This document shows, one piece after another, positions 28,192 through 36,612 of a DNA stretch of 39,922 nucleotides. The stretch is from a virus. The first letter of the stretch is position 1; each line of letters begins with the position of its first letter. A program made the translations under genes and the position numbers. The stretch spans positions 1 to 39,922 of IMG/VR virus record IMGVR_UViG_3300033417_000027; one strand, written 5' to 3'. A model generated the notes under the pieces. It was not told the DNA's origin and made no database searches. It worked only from the letters and a program-made list of their open reading frames with translations.

Positions 28192-28860
28192 TCAGGCCGG
28201 CGCGAACGAGCAGGCGACCAGGCCCTGCGACGAGGGCGTGGCGAAATCGGCGCTGACGGCGAGCGCCGACGCGCCGGCGAAATTGCCGATCGCCTGGTGG
28301 GTGTTCCATTGCCGCGCCGCCCAGACGAGCCCGCCCCAGACGACGTCGCCGTTGGCCGGGTCCTCGTTGGCGGTCGCCGCGAGCGCGCAGCCCAGCGCCG
28401 GCGCGGCCAGGGTGCCGGTCAGCGGGTCGCCGGTGGTGTCGGTGAAACTGTCGGCGACCGTGGTCGCGCCGCCGGTGCCGGTGAGCGTCCAGCCGGTCGA
28501 GCCGTAGTGGTAGGCCGAGCCCACCGGATCGACGATCACCGCCGCCTGGGTCAGGTCCTGCCAGGCGCTGCCGGCGCCGGTGTAGAGGCCGAAGATCCCG
28601 GTCGTGCTGATGCCCGTGGTCACGGTCGCGAGCGCGGCCATGTTGGCACCGTCGAGCGAGACCAGGGTGAAGCCGGCGGTGGTCTTGACCATGGCCGCGA
28701 CCAGGGTCACCCGGTCGGGCGTGTAGGGCCCGATCGAGCGCGCGCCGAGGCTGTGCGAGGCCGCCGGCGCCAGCAGACCCTCGACGTAATGCGGCCCGGC
28801 GATCCGGGCGAGGCCCGGCCGGCCGGAGATGCGCGGGCTGGCGATCCCCCTCATGGTCAT
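28192..28860 (-). CDS. Tail fibre-associated / receptor-binding-like protein (222 aa)
   Basis: ATGA coupling to the tail fibre gene. Gly/Thr/Ala-rich. Confidence 0.6.
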   Translation of the reverse strand: MTMRGIASPRISGRPGLARIAGPHYVEGLLAPAASHSLGARSIGPYTPDRVTLVAAMVKTTAGFTLVSLDGANMAALATVTTGISTTGIFGLYTGAGSAWQDLTQAAVIVDPVGSAYHYGSTGWTLTGTGGATTVADSFTDTTGDPLTGTLAAPALGCALAATANEDPANGDVVWGGLVWAARQWNTHQAIGNFAGASALAVSADFATPSSQGLVACSFAPA

Positions 28861-30254
28861 TCCTCGATCGGCGCGCCGAGCACCCAGGCCTCGGTGGCGT
28901 CGGTGCCGGTGACGGCGGTCACCATGCAGTCGATGAGCTGGCGCTTGTCCGGGTCGGCGACGAAGGCGGCCGGCTGGTTGACGTAGCCGGCGTCCATGGT
29001 GATCGCCCGGCCGCCGGTGCCGTCCTGCAGGAGAACGATCGTGAACACGTCCCACAGGTGGCAGCCGACCGGCAGGTCGATCTGGAACGAGCCGGTGAGG
29101 GCCGCGACCGTCTTGAGCGGCGCGAGGCTGAGGTCCGGCGCCCAGGTGGCGGCATAGGCGACCGCCTCCTCGCCCGGGCGCTGGGCCCTGGTCCAGGATT
29201 GCTTGGCCGCCGGCTGGGCATAGTCGGCGAGCGTCGCGGCGAGCCCGGTCGCGGTCACGAACTCGTCGAGATTGCTGGGCCCGAGCCACACCCACTTGTC
29301 GAGCGCCGCCGACCAGACCGCCTCCGACGGCATGCCGACCGCGACCACGTTGGGCGCGAGCGGCTGCTGGTCGAGGTCGACCAGCGCCTTGGCGCCCCAG
29401 CTCACCAGCGCCGACTGGCGCGCCTCGAGCGTCATGGCGCCGGTGTTGGCGGCCTCGAACACGAAGCGCAGCTTGACCTGGTCGGCGGCGGCCGACGGCA
29501 GGTGCGCGGTGGTGATGACCAGCGCGTCCGGCGCGGTCTGGTCGACGCCCGACGCCGGCACGCGGAGGATCGAGGCCTCGCCGACGTCGGCGCTGAAGAA
29601 GCGGATCGGGTCGGACCAGGTGCCGGCGACCGCGGTCACCCGGATGTAGAGCAGCGGCGGGTCGGTGTCGGTGGCCAGGTACGCGTAGCCCTCGGCCTGG
29701 GCATCGAAGGCGTCGCGGCCGGCGAGCGTGCCGGAGGCGTCCCAGGCGAACGCCGGCCCGACGAAGCCCGCGACCGGGTGCAGCGTCTCGAGCACGCCGT
29801 CGTCGTCGAAGCTGACGATCTTGCCGGCGCGCACCGCCTCGGCCGGGAACTGGTGCGGCGCGGTGTCGAGCCAGTCGCCCAGCAGCGCCCGGTCGAGCGT
29901 GCGCTGGACGTCGCCGATCGCCATCGTCAGGTAATCGAGCCGGGCCTCGACGTCGTCGGACGGGAACGCCGCGGCGTCGGAATAGTCCGAGCCCTGCTCG
30001 GCCGGCATGGCGCGCACCACGATCAGGGTCTCAGCCGTCGCCGGCACGACGGCCGTCGTGATCGTCGCCGCGCCGGCGCGCTGCTGCGCCGCGGTGCCGT
30101 TGACGACGAAGGCGGGCAGGCTGTCGGCGATCCCGCGCAGCACCACGATCAGGCTCGCCGCCCCGCCCTGGAACGGGAAGGTCACCGGGAAGGTGTCGGT
30201 GACGTCGTCGCCGGCGAAGCTGCGCAAGCCGTCCTTGCCGTTCATGATGGTCAT
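28857..30254 (-). CDS. Tail fibre protein with a T7 gp17-like N-terminal adaptor motif (465 aa)
   Basis: Begins MTIMNGKDGLRSFAGDDVTDTFPVTFPFQGG. The start could be ATG 30254 or ATG 30245. Both lie inside the palindrome at 30243-30284. Confidence 0.7.
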   Translation of the reverse strand: MTIMNGKDGLRSFAGDDVTDTFPVTFPFQGGAASLIVVLRGIADSLPAFVVNGTAAQQRAGAATITTAVVPATAETLIVVRAMPAEQGSDYSDAAAFPSDDVEARLDYLTMAIGDVQRTLDRALLGDWLDTAPHQFPAEAVRAGKIVSFDDDGVLETLHPVAGFVGPAFAWDASGTLAGRDAFDAQAEGYAYLATDTDPPLLYIRVTAVAGTWSDPIRFFSADVGEASILRVPASGVDQTAPDALVITTAHLPSAAADQVKLRFVFEAANTGAMTLEARQSALVSWGAKALVDLDQQPLAPNVVAVGMPSEAVWSAALDKWVWLGPSNLDEFVTATGLAATLADYAQPAAKQSWTRAQRPGEEAVAYAATWAPDLSLAPLKTVAALTGSFQIDLPVGCHLWDVFTIVLLQDGTGGRAITMDAGYVNQPAAFVADPDKRQLIDCMVTAVTGTDATEAWVLGAPIEE

Positions 30255-30284
30255 GATCCGGCCCTCCGGATCATGACCATCATG
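30243..30284. promoter_or_regulatory. Perfect 42-bp palindrome (19-bp arms, 4-nt loop) enclosing the tail-fibre SD and start codons
   Basis: catgatggtcatgatccgg-ccct-ccggatcatgaccatcatg. In the mRNA the GGAGGG sits at the loop and the ATGs sit in the 3' arm. Confidence 0.85.
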
Positions 30285-30304
30285 CCCCGGGCCGCGACCC
30301 GGGG
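30285..30304. repeat. REP-family hairpin abutting the palindrome
   Basis: ccccggg-ccgcga-cccgggg. A related cgcacgccgtgcg hairpin lies at about 30375-30387. Confidence 0.8.
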
Positions 30305-30390
30305 CCTCGCCCGGCGTACCGAGCCGCCGCCGGATCCCGCAATGCTGGAAAGAACAATCGTGGCCGTGAGCCACGCACGCCGTGCGCGGT

Positions 30391-30669
30391 CTAGCCCGAG
30401 CGCGAGCGCATCCAGATCCAGCTCCACAGCATGGCCATGGCGAGGAGCAGCCCCCAGCCGTCGGCCATGCCCGCGGCGATCGCCTCGCCCCGGGAGTAGC
30501 CGATCATGTGGAACGGGATGGCCAGGCCCATGGCGATCACGATCGGCAGGCCCATGGCAATCACCAGGCCGAACAGCATGGCGAACACGCCGCGGTCCGC
30601 CCGATGGAGCAGGTAGGCCGCGGCGAGGCCGGAGACCGGCCACAGGATCGTGAACAGGGCGATGGCCAT
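30391..30669 (-). CDS. Multi-TM membrane protein (92 aa)
   Basis: Has 3-4 hydrophobic helices. There is an internal duplication, caggcccatggc(g/a)atcac twice, 21 bp apart. Confidence 0.65.
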   Translation of the reverse strand: MAIALFTILWPVSGLAAAYLLHRADRGVFAMLFGLVIAMGLPIVIAMGLAIPFHMIGYSRGEAIAAGMADGWGLLLAMAMLWSWIWMRSRSG

Positions 30670-30690
30670 GGGCCCGAATGTGCGTCATCG

Positions 30691-33600
30691 TCACTCCTCC
30701 TGCAAGCCCAGAAGCCCGGCATGGGGCGGCACGGTCCGGGCGCGGACCTGGCCGCGCAGGCGCTCGGCCTCGAAGAACGGCGCGAACTCCTCGAGCAGCG
30801 CCGCGCGCGCGCCCCGGCGCCAGTCGCGGATCGCCTTCCTCATGAACTCGACCTTGCCGCCGTCCGGGCCGGCGGTGGCCTTGGCGTAGACCTCGCCGTC
30901 GGCGTGGCGGCCCCCAACCACGGCGTTGAGATAGTCCTTGAGCCCGAGGCCGTCCTTATCCGGGTTCTTCCAGGCGTTGCCGGCGAGCTCGACGTAGCGC
31001 GAATGGATGTCCGGCCGGTTCTTGAGCGACACGCGCACGCCGTCGAGGGTCACCGTGCGCTGGGCCGGGCCGGGGAAATAGCCGTGGGCGATCAGCTCGG
31101 CATCGACCGGCTCGGCATCGAGCTTGCGCGAGTAGATCGGGCTGACCGCGTCGTAGACGCCGCCGAGGCCCGACTGGAAGGAGATCGGCCGGCCCCACAG
31201 GTCGCGGCGCGGCGGCAGGTCGGCGCCCAGCCCCGGCACCCGCGCCTTGACCGACGACAGCCAGTCGTGGGTTGCGCGCATGGTCGGGTCGATGAAGCGC
31301 GCGCCTTCGGCGGCCAGGGTCGGCACCCCCGAGGCGACCAGCCGGTTGACGTAGCGCTCGCCGTAGCGGTCGGGATCCGACATCACCTCGAAGAATTCCG
31401 AGATGCCGCGCAGGTATGTCTTCGACATCAGGTTCTGGGCGAACGACGCCGCCATGGCGACCGTCAGCTCCTGCATTTCCTCCTGCGACAGGTCGTCGAG
31501 GTCGGCGTTCATCAGGTACTCGGTGTAGTCGCCGGCCAGCCCCAGGGTCGAGCCGATCGGGTCGAGCCGGCCGAAGGCGAAGAAGCGGTCGCCGACCTGG
31601 ACCGAATAGGGCTGCCAGCCGGTGCGGTAGAGCGCGGCCCGCTCGGCCGGGTTCTGCGGCCCGCCGCCGGTGATGTGGCCCTGCGAGGCGAGGTCGGAGG
31701 CGGCCAGCAGCAGGGCGGTGCCGGTCGCCATCCGGGTCATGGCGAGGTCGGCGCGCGCCCCGCCGGCGGCGATGTCGGCGCGGAACGCCCGCATCAGCGG
31801 CGCCACCGGCGTGCGTTCCAGCGTGTACTTGGCGATGTTGGCCGGCGTGTTGATGAACGGCACGATCATGCGCAGCACCGGGAACTCGTGGGTGACCTGC
31901 AGCAGCCGCTTGGTGAAATCGCCGGGCTTGCGCGTGAAGGTCTGGTAGAGCGCGGCGTCGACCGCCTCGAGACGGATCGCCTCGGTGGGATTGGCGACCA
32001 GGTCGGCGATCCGCGCCTTGAAGCCGCCGGCCTCGATCGCACCCGTAGCGGCCTCGTGGCTCGCCTGGCGCACCGCCTGGGCGTGAAGCTCCATGCGGTA
32101 GCCGACCGTCTTGAAGAATTCGTCCTCGGCCTGCAGGAAGCGGCCCGGCACCGCGGTGGCGTTGCCGACGAAATCGACCGCCCGGCCTGCCCAGGTGTCG
32201 GTGCGCATGCCCAGCGCCGTGGTCGAGATCCCCGGCACCCGGCCGAAGTCGAGCTTGCCGGCGCCGCCGTCGCCGGCCGGGGCGTAGCGCCCGGTCTCCC
32301 CGGTCCTGAGCGTCTTCCAGGCATAGCGGAAGCCGTCGCGGATGCCCTGGGCCATGCCGAACATCTGCGCCGAGGCCTCGCCGATCGCCACCGAGGCATC
32401 GTCGCCCATCAGCCGGGCGTAGCGCGCCGCGAGGCCGCGCTCGTAGACCTGCTGCACCGCCACCGAGGTGTTCGACATGGTGTTGACCATGTGCGTCTTG
32501 GGGCCCGACAAGAGCCCGTTGATCCACACGTGCATGAAGGCGTCCCAGGTCTTGGCCGCCGCACCCTTCTCGACGATCGTGTCGAACTCGCGGGCGAACT
32601 CCGGGTGGGCGGCGAGCGCCGCGATCCGCTGCGCCATCCGCCGTGAGACCTCCGGCCCGCCGGCCAGGTCGAGGCTGTCGGTGATCGCGCGCAGCCGCTC
32701 GACGTCGCCGCCGCCGGCCGGGATCTTCCACGAGTTGAGCGCGCGGGCGACCTCGCGCCGCGCCGCCAGCACCTCGGTCTGGATGGCGTGGTGGACGGCC
32801 ATCATCTTGCGGAAGGCGAACAGGTTGGCCTCCGACGGCTCGCGCGCGGCCAGCTCGGCCACGGTCTTGAGCTTGTCGCCCGAGGCGACCCACAGGGTGC
32901 GCGCGGCGAGCGACTGCTCGGCGTTGAGCGCCTCGCCGGCGCGTCGCGCCATCAGGGTCTCGAAGGCGTCGATCCGTTCGGCCGCCACCGTCGTCTGGGC
33001 GTGCGTGCGCACGCCGCGGGCCGCCTTGTCGATCTGCGGCTGGAGCGCGTCGGCCATCTGCGCCAGCACCGACTTGACGTCGTCGGGACTGTCGATGCGG
33101 GCGAAGTTGACATAAAGATCGTCGGTGCCGTCCTGGACGACGCGGGTCAGCCCCTTGGCGGCGAAGTCGTCGGGCACGCCGGTCGCGGTCTCGTTGACCG
33201 CCTTGGCCATCTCGGCCGCCTTGGCCAGCGCCGGCGTGCGCGGCTGGCGGTCGCCGGCGATCGCCGTCGTCGCCTCATCGATCAGCTTCCGGCGTTCGGC
33301 GACGAACATCTTGTTGAAGTCGTCGACCGACAGCGTCGTCTTCCCGAACCTGTCGAACTGCGCGACGATCAGTTCGTCGACGGCCTTGAGTCCAGGCTGC
33401 TCGCCGAGGCCAGCCGCCACCCATTCGCCGCCTTGGAATTTCGCCACCCTCAAATCGTCGGGCAACGCTTCGACGATGTACCCCTGATCGATCAATTTCC
33501 GCATCCGATCTCGGATCACACTGGCCTTCGTGGCCTTGTCCAATCCCCAGATCCGGTCCTTGGCCTGATCGTCGATAACGTCGAGCACGAAATCGAATTT

Positions 33601-34719
33601 GGCGGGCTTGCGCGGCGCGGCCGGAACTCCGTGGCGCGCGGCGATGTCCCCGAGTTCGGTGGTGCCGAGCTTGGACAGCTGCCCGCTGCCGTCGAGGTCC
33701 ACCGTGTGGAACGTCGGCGGCATCGACTGCAGGTGAGCGGGCAGAGCTCGGGCGCGGGCCGGTGTCTTCGGCGCCGGATTGTCGAGCACGTGGTGGACGA
33801 CGAAGGCGTCCGACGCCGGGTCGCCCAGCGCCCGGGCGACGTCGTCGACGCTCGCCCCCGGCGCCGGGGCCGCGTCGGCCGCCACGGTCAGGGCCGCCTT
33901 GGCCTTCTTCGCCGCCCGCAGCGCGCGCAGGCCGCGCACGAAGCCGTCGGCGAGAACGCCGGCGCCCAGCCCCTCCACCGTGCGCTTGAGCCGGCCCGCG
34001 AGCTGGCCGTCGTCCTCGTCGGTCGCCAGGAACGCGGTCACCGGGTTGGCGAGGTCCGGGTGGGCCTCGATCAGGTCGGCGAGCTTGGCGTCCTGGCCGT
34101 CGAAGAAGGCGAAGTCCGAGATCGCGCCCTTGACGGCGGCGAGCGCCATCTGGCCGCCGGCGGTCGCGGTGCGCACGCCCTTGAGCAGCTTGCCGCCGGT
34201 GGCATAGCCGGCCAGGAACTGGCTGATGCCGCGCACCAGGCCGCCGGTGACCGTCGTCGGCTTGTTCACTTCGGGCAGGGTGATGCCGGTGTCTTCCGGC
34301 CGCGCCGGCACCGACAGCTTCGGGTCGAGTTCGCCGGCCTCGTTGAAGATCTGCGGCGAGCCGAGGCTGCCGGCAGTGGTCTCGACCCAGTCGGCCGCCT
34401 GGTCGGTGAGGTCGAGCACCGCCTGCAGGCCGTCGCGGATGCCGCCGGCGATGCCGCGGATCGGCGCCTCGACCAGGCCCTTGCCGATATCGGCCGCCAC
34501 CCGGGCGGGCGCCCCGCCGTCGGTGCGCGCGGCGGTGCCGGCGAGGTTGTCGCCCAGCCCGGCGCCGGTGATCCGGCGGAACAGCGACTGGCCGGCCGGG
34601 GTGCGCGGGCCGTCGGCCACCGCGGCGGCGTAGGCGGCGAGCGCGTCGCCTGTCCCGGGCTCCGACCCGGGATCCGGCCCCAGCGCCCGCCCGAAATCGA
34701 GCGTGCCGGGCTCAGGCAT
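30691..34719 (-). CDS. Large internal virion / DNA-ejection protein (1342 aa)
   Basis: The largest ORF with non-biased composition. Its position corresponds to T7 gp16-class proteins. I saw no lytic transglycosylase motif. Confidence 0.6.
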   Translation of the reverse strand: MPEPGTLDFGRALGPDPGSEPGTGDALAAYAAAVADGPRTPAGQSLFRRITGAGLGDNLAGTAARTDGGAPARVAADIGKGLVEAPIRGIAGGIRDGLQAVLDLTDQAADWVETTAGSLGSPQIFNEAGELDPKLSVPARPEDTGITLPEVNKPTTVTGGLVRGISQFLAGYATGGKLLKGVRTATAGGQMALAAVKGAISDFAFFDGQDAKLADLIEAHPDLANPVTAFLATDEDDGQLAGRLKRTVEGLGAGVLADGFVRGLRALRAAKKAKAALTVAADAAPAPGASVDDVARALGDPASDAFVVHHVLDNPAPKTPARARALPAHLQSMPPTFHTVDLDGSGQLSKLGTTELGDIAARHGVPAAPRKPAKFDFVLDVIDDQAKDRIWGLDKATKASVIRDRMRKLIDQGYIVEALPDDLRVAKFQGGEWVAAGLGEQPGLKAVDELIVAQFDRFGKTTLSVDDFNKMFVAERRKLIDEATTAIAGDRQPRTPALAKAAEMAKAVNETATGVPDDFAAKGLTRVVQDGTDDLYVNFARIDSPDDVKSVLAQMADALQPQIDKAARGVRTHAQTTVAAERIDAFETLMARRAGEALNAEQSLAARTLWVASGDKLKTVAELAAREPSEANLFAFRKMMAVHHAIQTEVLAARREVARALNSWKIPAGGGDVERLRAITDSLDLAGGPEVSRRMAQRIAALAAHPEFAREFDTIVEKGAAAKTWDAFMHVWINGLLSGPKTHMVNTMSNTSVAVQQVYERGLAARYARLMGDDASVAIGEASAQMFGMAQGIRDGFRYAWKTLRTGETGRYAPAGDGGAGKLDFGRVPGISTTALGMRTDTWAGRAVDFVGNATAVPGRFLQAEDEFFKTVGYRMELHAQAVRQASHEAATGAIEAGGFKARIADLVANPTEAIRLEAVDAALYQTFTRKPGDFTKRLLQVTHEFPVLRMIVPFINTPANIAKYTLERTPVAPLMRAFRADIAAGGARADLAMTRMATGTALLLAASDLASQGHITGGGPQNPAERAALYRTGWQPYSVQVGDRFFAFGRLDPIGSTLGLAGDYTEYLMNADLDDLSQEEMQELTVAMAASFAQNLMSKTYLRGISEFFEVMSDPDRYGERYVNRLVASGVPTLAAEGARFIDPTMRATHDWLSSVKARVPGLGADLPPRRDLWGRPISFQSGLGGVYDAVSPIYSRKLDAEPVDAELIAHGYFPGPAQRTVTLDGVRVSLKNRPDIHSRYVELAGNAWKNPDKDGLGLKDYLNAVVGGRHADGEVYAKATAGPDGGKVEFMRKAIRDWRRGARAALLEEFAPFFEAERLRGQVRARTVPPHAGLLGLQEE

Positions 34720-36157
34720 CGAAGGTCTCCTGCCACAGGGCGAGCTGCTCGGCGGCGCGGGCGGCCTCGAGCGTCGTCAGGGTGCCGGCGGCGAAGCGGG
34801 CCGCCAGCGAAGCCACCGCGGTCGCCAGATCGGCCGGGCCGGCCGGGCGCAGCCCCTCGACCGGCTCGAGCCGGGCGCGCCGCGCCTGGCGGACCCGGGC
34901 GGCGACCGCCTGGGCGGCCTTGAGCCCGCGGTCGGGCTCGTCGGGCCGGGCGGCGAGCAGGTCGTGCAGCTCGTCGAGCCCGGCCATGCGGTCGGCGCGC
35001 TCGGCCCCGGTCTCCGGCCGCCAGGCCGGCGCCAGGGCCGCCACCTGCTGGAGCGCCTGGCGCTGCCACGGCTTGGCCGCCGCGTCGCGGTGGACCGCGG
35101 CGAAGCCCTCGATCGACAGGCGCCCGTCGGCGAGCGCGCGCCGGGCCTCGCCGCCGACGTCCTCGCCGGCGAGGGTGCGTGAGCGCAGCTCGGCGGCCGT
35201 CGCCGGATCGTGGCCAACCGCCACGCCGATGCGGCCGAAGGCGTCGAGGTCGTCCGGGGCCAGGCGACCGGCATTGCCGGCGAGCCAGCCGTCCGGCACC
35301 CGGCCCTCGGCGAGGATCAGCCGGTCGCCGGCGGACGCGGTGTCGCGGGCGGCCCGGGCCTCGGCCAGCTCCTCGGCGTCGCGCGCCCGGTTGGCGGCGG
35401 CGATCGCGGTCTGGGCCGCGTCGTCGCGCACGGCATGCGCGGCCGCCGTCAGGGCCTTGTGGCGCCCGGCCGGGATCTCGAGGTGCCCGAGCCCGCCGGC
35501 GGCGATGAAGCCCACCGCCGCTTCGGGCTGGCGCGCGATCAGGTCGGTGACCGTGGCGACCGCGCTGTCGTCGGCCAGGCGCTGATGATAGCCGGCCGCC
35601 TCGGCGGCGGTGATGTAGCCGCCGGCGAGCACGTCGTCGATCGCCGTCGCCGCCACCGTGAGCGCCACCGCCCGGCCGTCGGCGTCGTCGGCCGTGCCGG
35701 CGGCGCGCGCCGCGGTCGCCACGAAGCCCGGCAGCGAGCCGCGGAGGCCGGCGACCTCATCGGCGAGCGCCCGGCGGCGCACCGTCAGGCGCGAGACGTC
35801 GGCGAGCGGGCCGAACCAGTCGTCGAAGTCCGCGCCGGCGTCGTCCCTGATCAGGTCGCGGATCCCGGCGGCGCCGGCGTCGAAGGCCTCTTCCGGCGCC
35901 CGGCCGGCGGGCGGGTCGCCGCCGCCACCCTGCTCGAAAGCCTGCTGCTCGAGCGCCTTGACCTTGCCCACCGCCTCGGCCTTGGCCCGGTAGCGGCCGC
36001 CGTCGGCGCGGGCCCGGCCGATCGCCTTGCCCATCCGGGCGATCGCCCCGCCCAGCCCCTCGACGGCTCGCGCGGTCGCGTCCAGCGGCTTGGCGTTGGC
36101 GTTGCGCGGCGCGTCGGGCACGCTCAGCCTCGGCTGATATGTGGTGATGTTGGCCAT
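34712..36157 (-). CDS. Internal virion protein (481 aa, Ala/Arg/Asp-rich)
   Basis: ATG at 36157 overlaps the upstream stop (TGATG). Begins MANITTYQPRLSVPDAPRN... Confidence 0.55.
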   Translation of the reverse strand: MANITTYQPRLSVPDAPRNANAKPLDATARAVEGLGGAIARMGKAIGRARADGGRYRAKAEAVGKVKALEQQAFEQGGGGDPPAGRAPEEAFDAGAAGIRDLIRDDAGADFDDWFGPLADVSRLTVRRRALADEVAGLRGSLPGFVATAARAAGTADDADGRAVALTVAATAIDDVLAGGYITAAEAAGYHQRLADDSAVATVTDLIARQPEAAVGFIAAGGLGHLEIPAGRHKALTAAAHAVRDDAAQTAIAAANRARDAEELAEARAARDTASAGDRLILAEGRVPDGWLAGNAGRLAPDDLDAFGRIGVAVGHDPATAAELRSRTLAGEDVGGEARRALADGRLSIEGFAAVHRDAAAKPWQRQALQQVAALAPAWRPETGAERADRMAGLDELHDLLAARPDEPDRGLKAAQAVAARVRQARRARLEPVEGLRPAGPADLATAVASLAARFAAGTLTTLEAARAAEQLALWQETFDA

Positions 36158-36600
36158 CAGCCGAGCGCGCTCCATTGCTGGAAGCCGCCGAGGATGGTCG
36201 AGGCGGCGCCGATCGGCCCGGACTTGCGCACGTCCTTGGCCTTTTTGCGCTCGAGCACCGCCTCGCGCCGGAGGGCGTCGGTCCGGAGCACGGTGTCGGT
36301 GCGGATCTTGAGCGCCTCGAGCTCGGCCTCGCGCGCGCTGTCGAAGGCGAGCAGCAGCGGCGTGCCGGTGGCGGTGTCGACGCCCGCCTTGGCGAGGTCG
36401 ACCAGCTGCTGGCCGAGCACCCGGCGGCCCTGGCGGCGCTGGATCTCCTCGCGCCGGAAGCCGAGCTCGGTGGTCTGGGTCGCTTCCAGCTCGCGCACCT
36501 TGGCGTTGTACTCGAGCGCGTCGGCCTCGGCGTTCGACCGGCTGATCTGGCCGAAGGCCTGGAACGCGGTGCCGATCAGTCCGAGAGCCGCCATGCACAT
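36157..36600 (-). CDS. Internal virion protein (147 aa)
   Basis: Hydrophobic N-terminus MCMAALGLIGTAFQAF followed by a coiled-coil-like region. Confidence 0.6.
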   Translation of the reverse strand: MCMAALGLIGTAFQAFGQISRSNAEADALEYNAKVRELEATQTTELGFRREEIQRRQGRRVLGQQLVDLAKAGVDTATGTPLLLAFDSAREAELEALKIRTDTVLRTDALRREAVLERKKAKDVRKSGPIGAASTILGGFQQWSALG

Positions 36601-36612
36601 GGGTCCGCCCTC

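Noticed and set aside
30691-34719. Lytic transglycosylase or peptidase domain in the 1342-aa internal protein
   Set aside because: I could not recognise an SLT (E-S...GLMQ) or peptidase motif by eye, so only a generic internal/ejection protein call is made.
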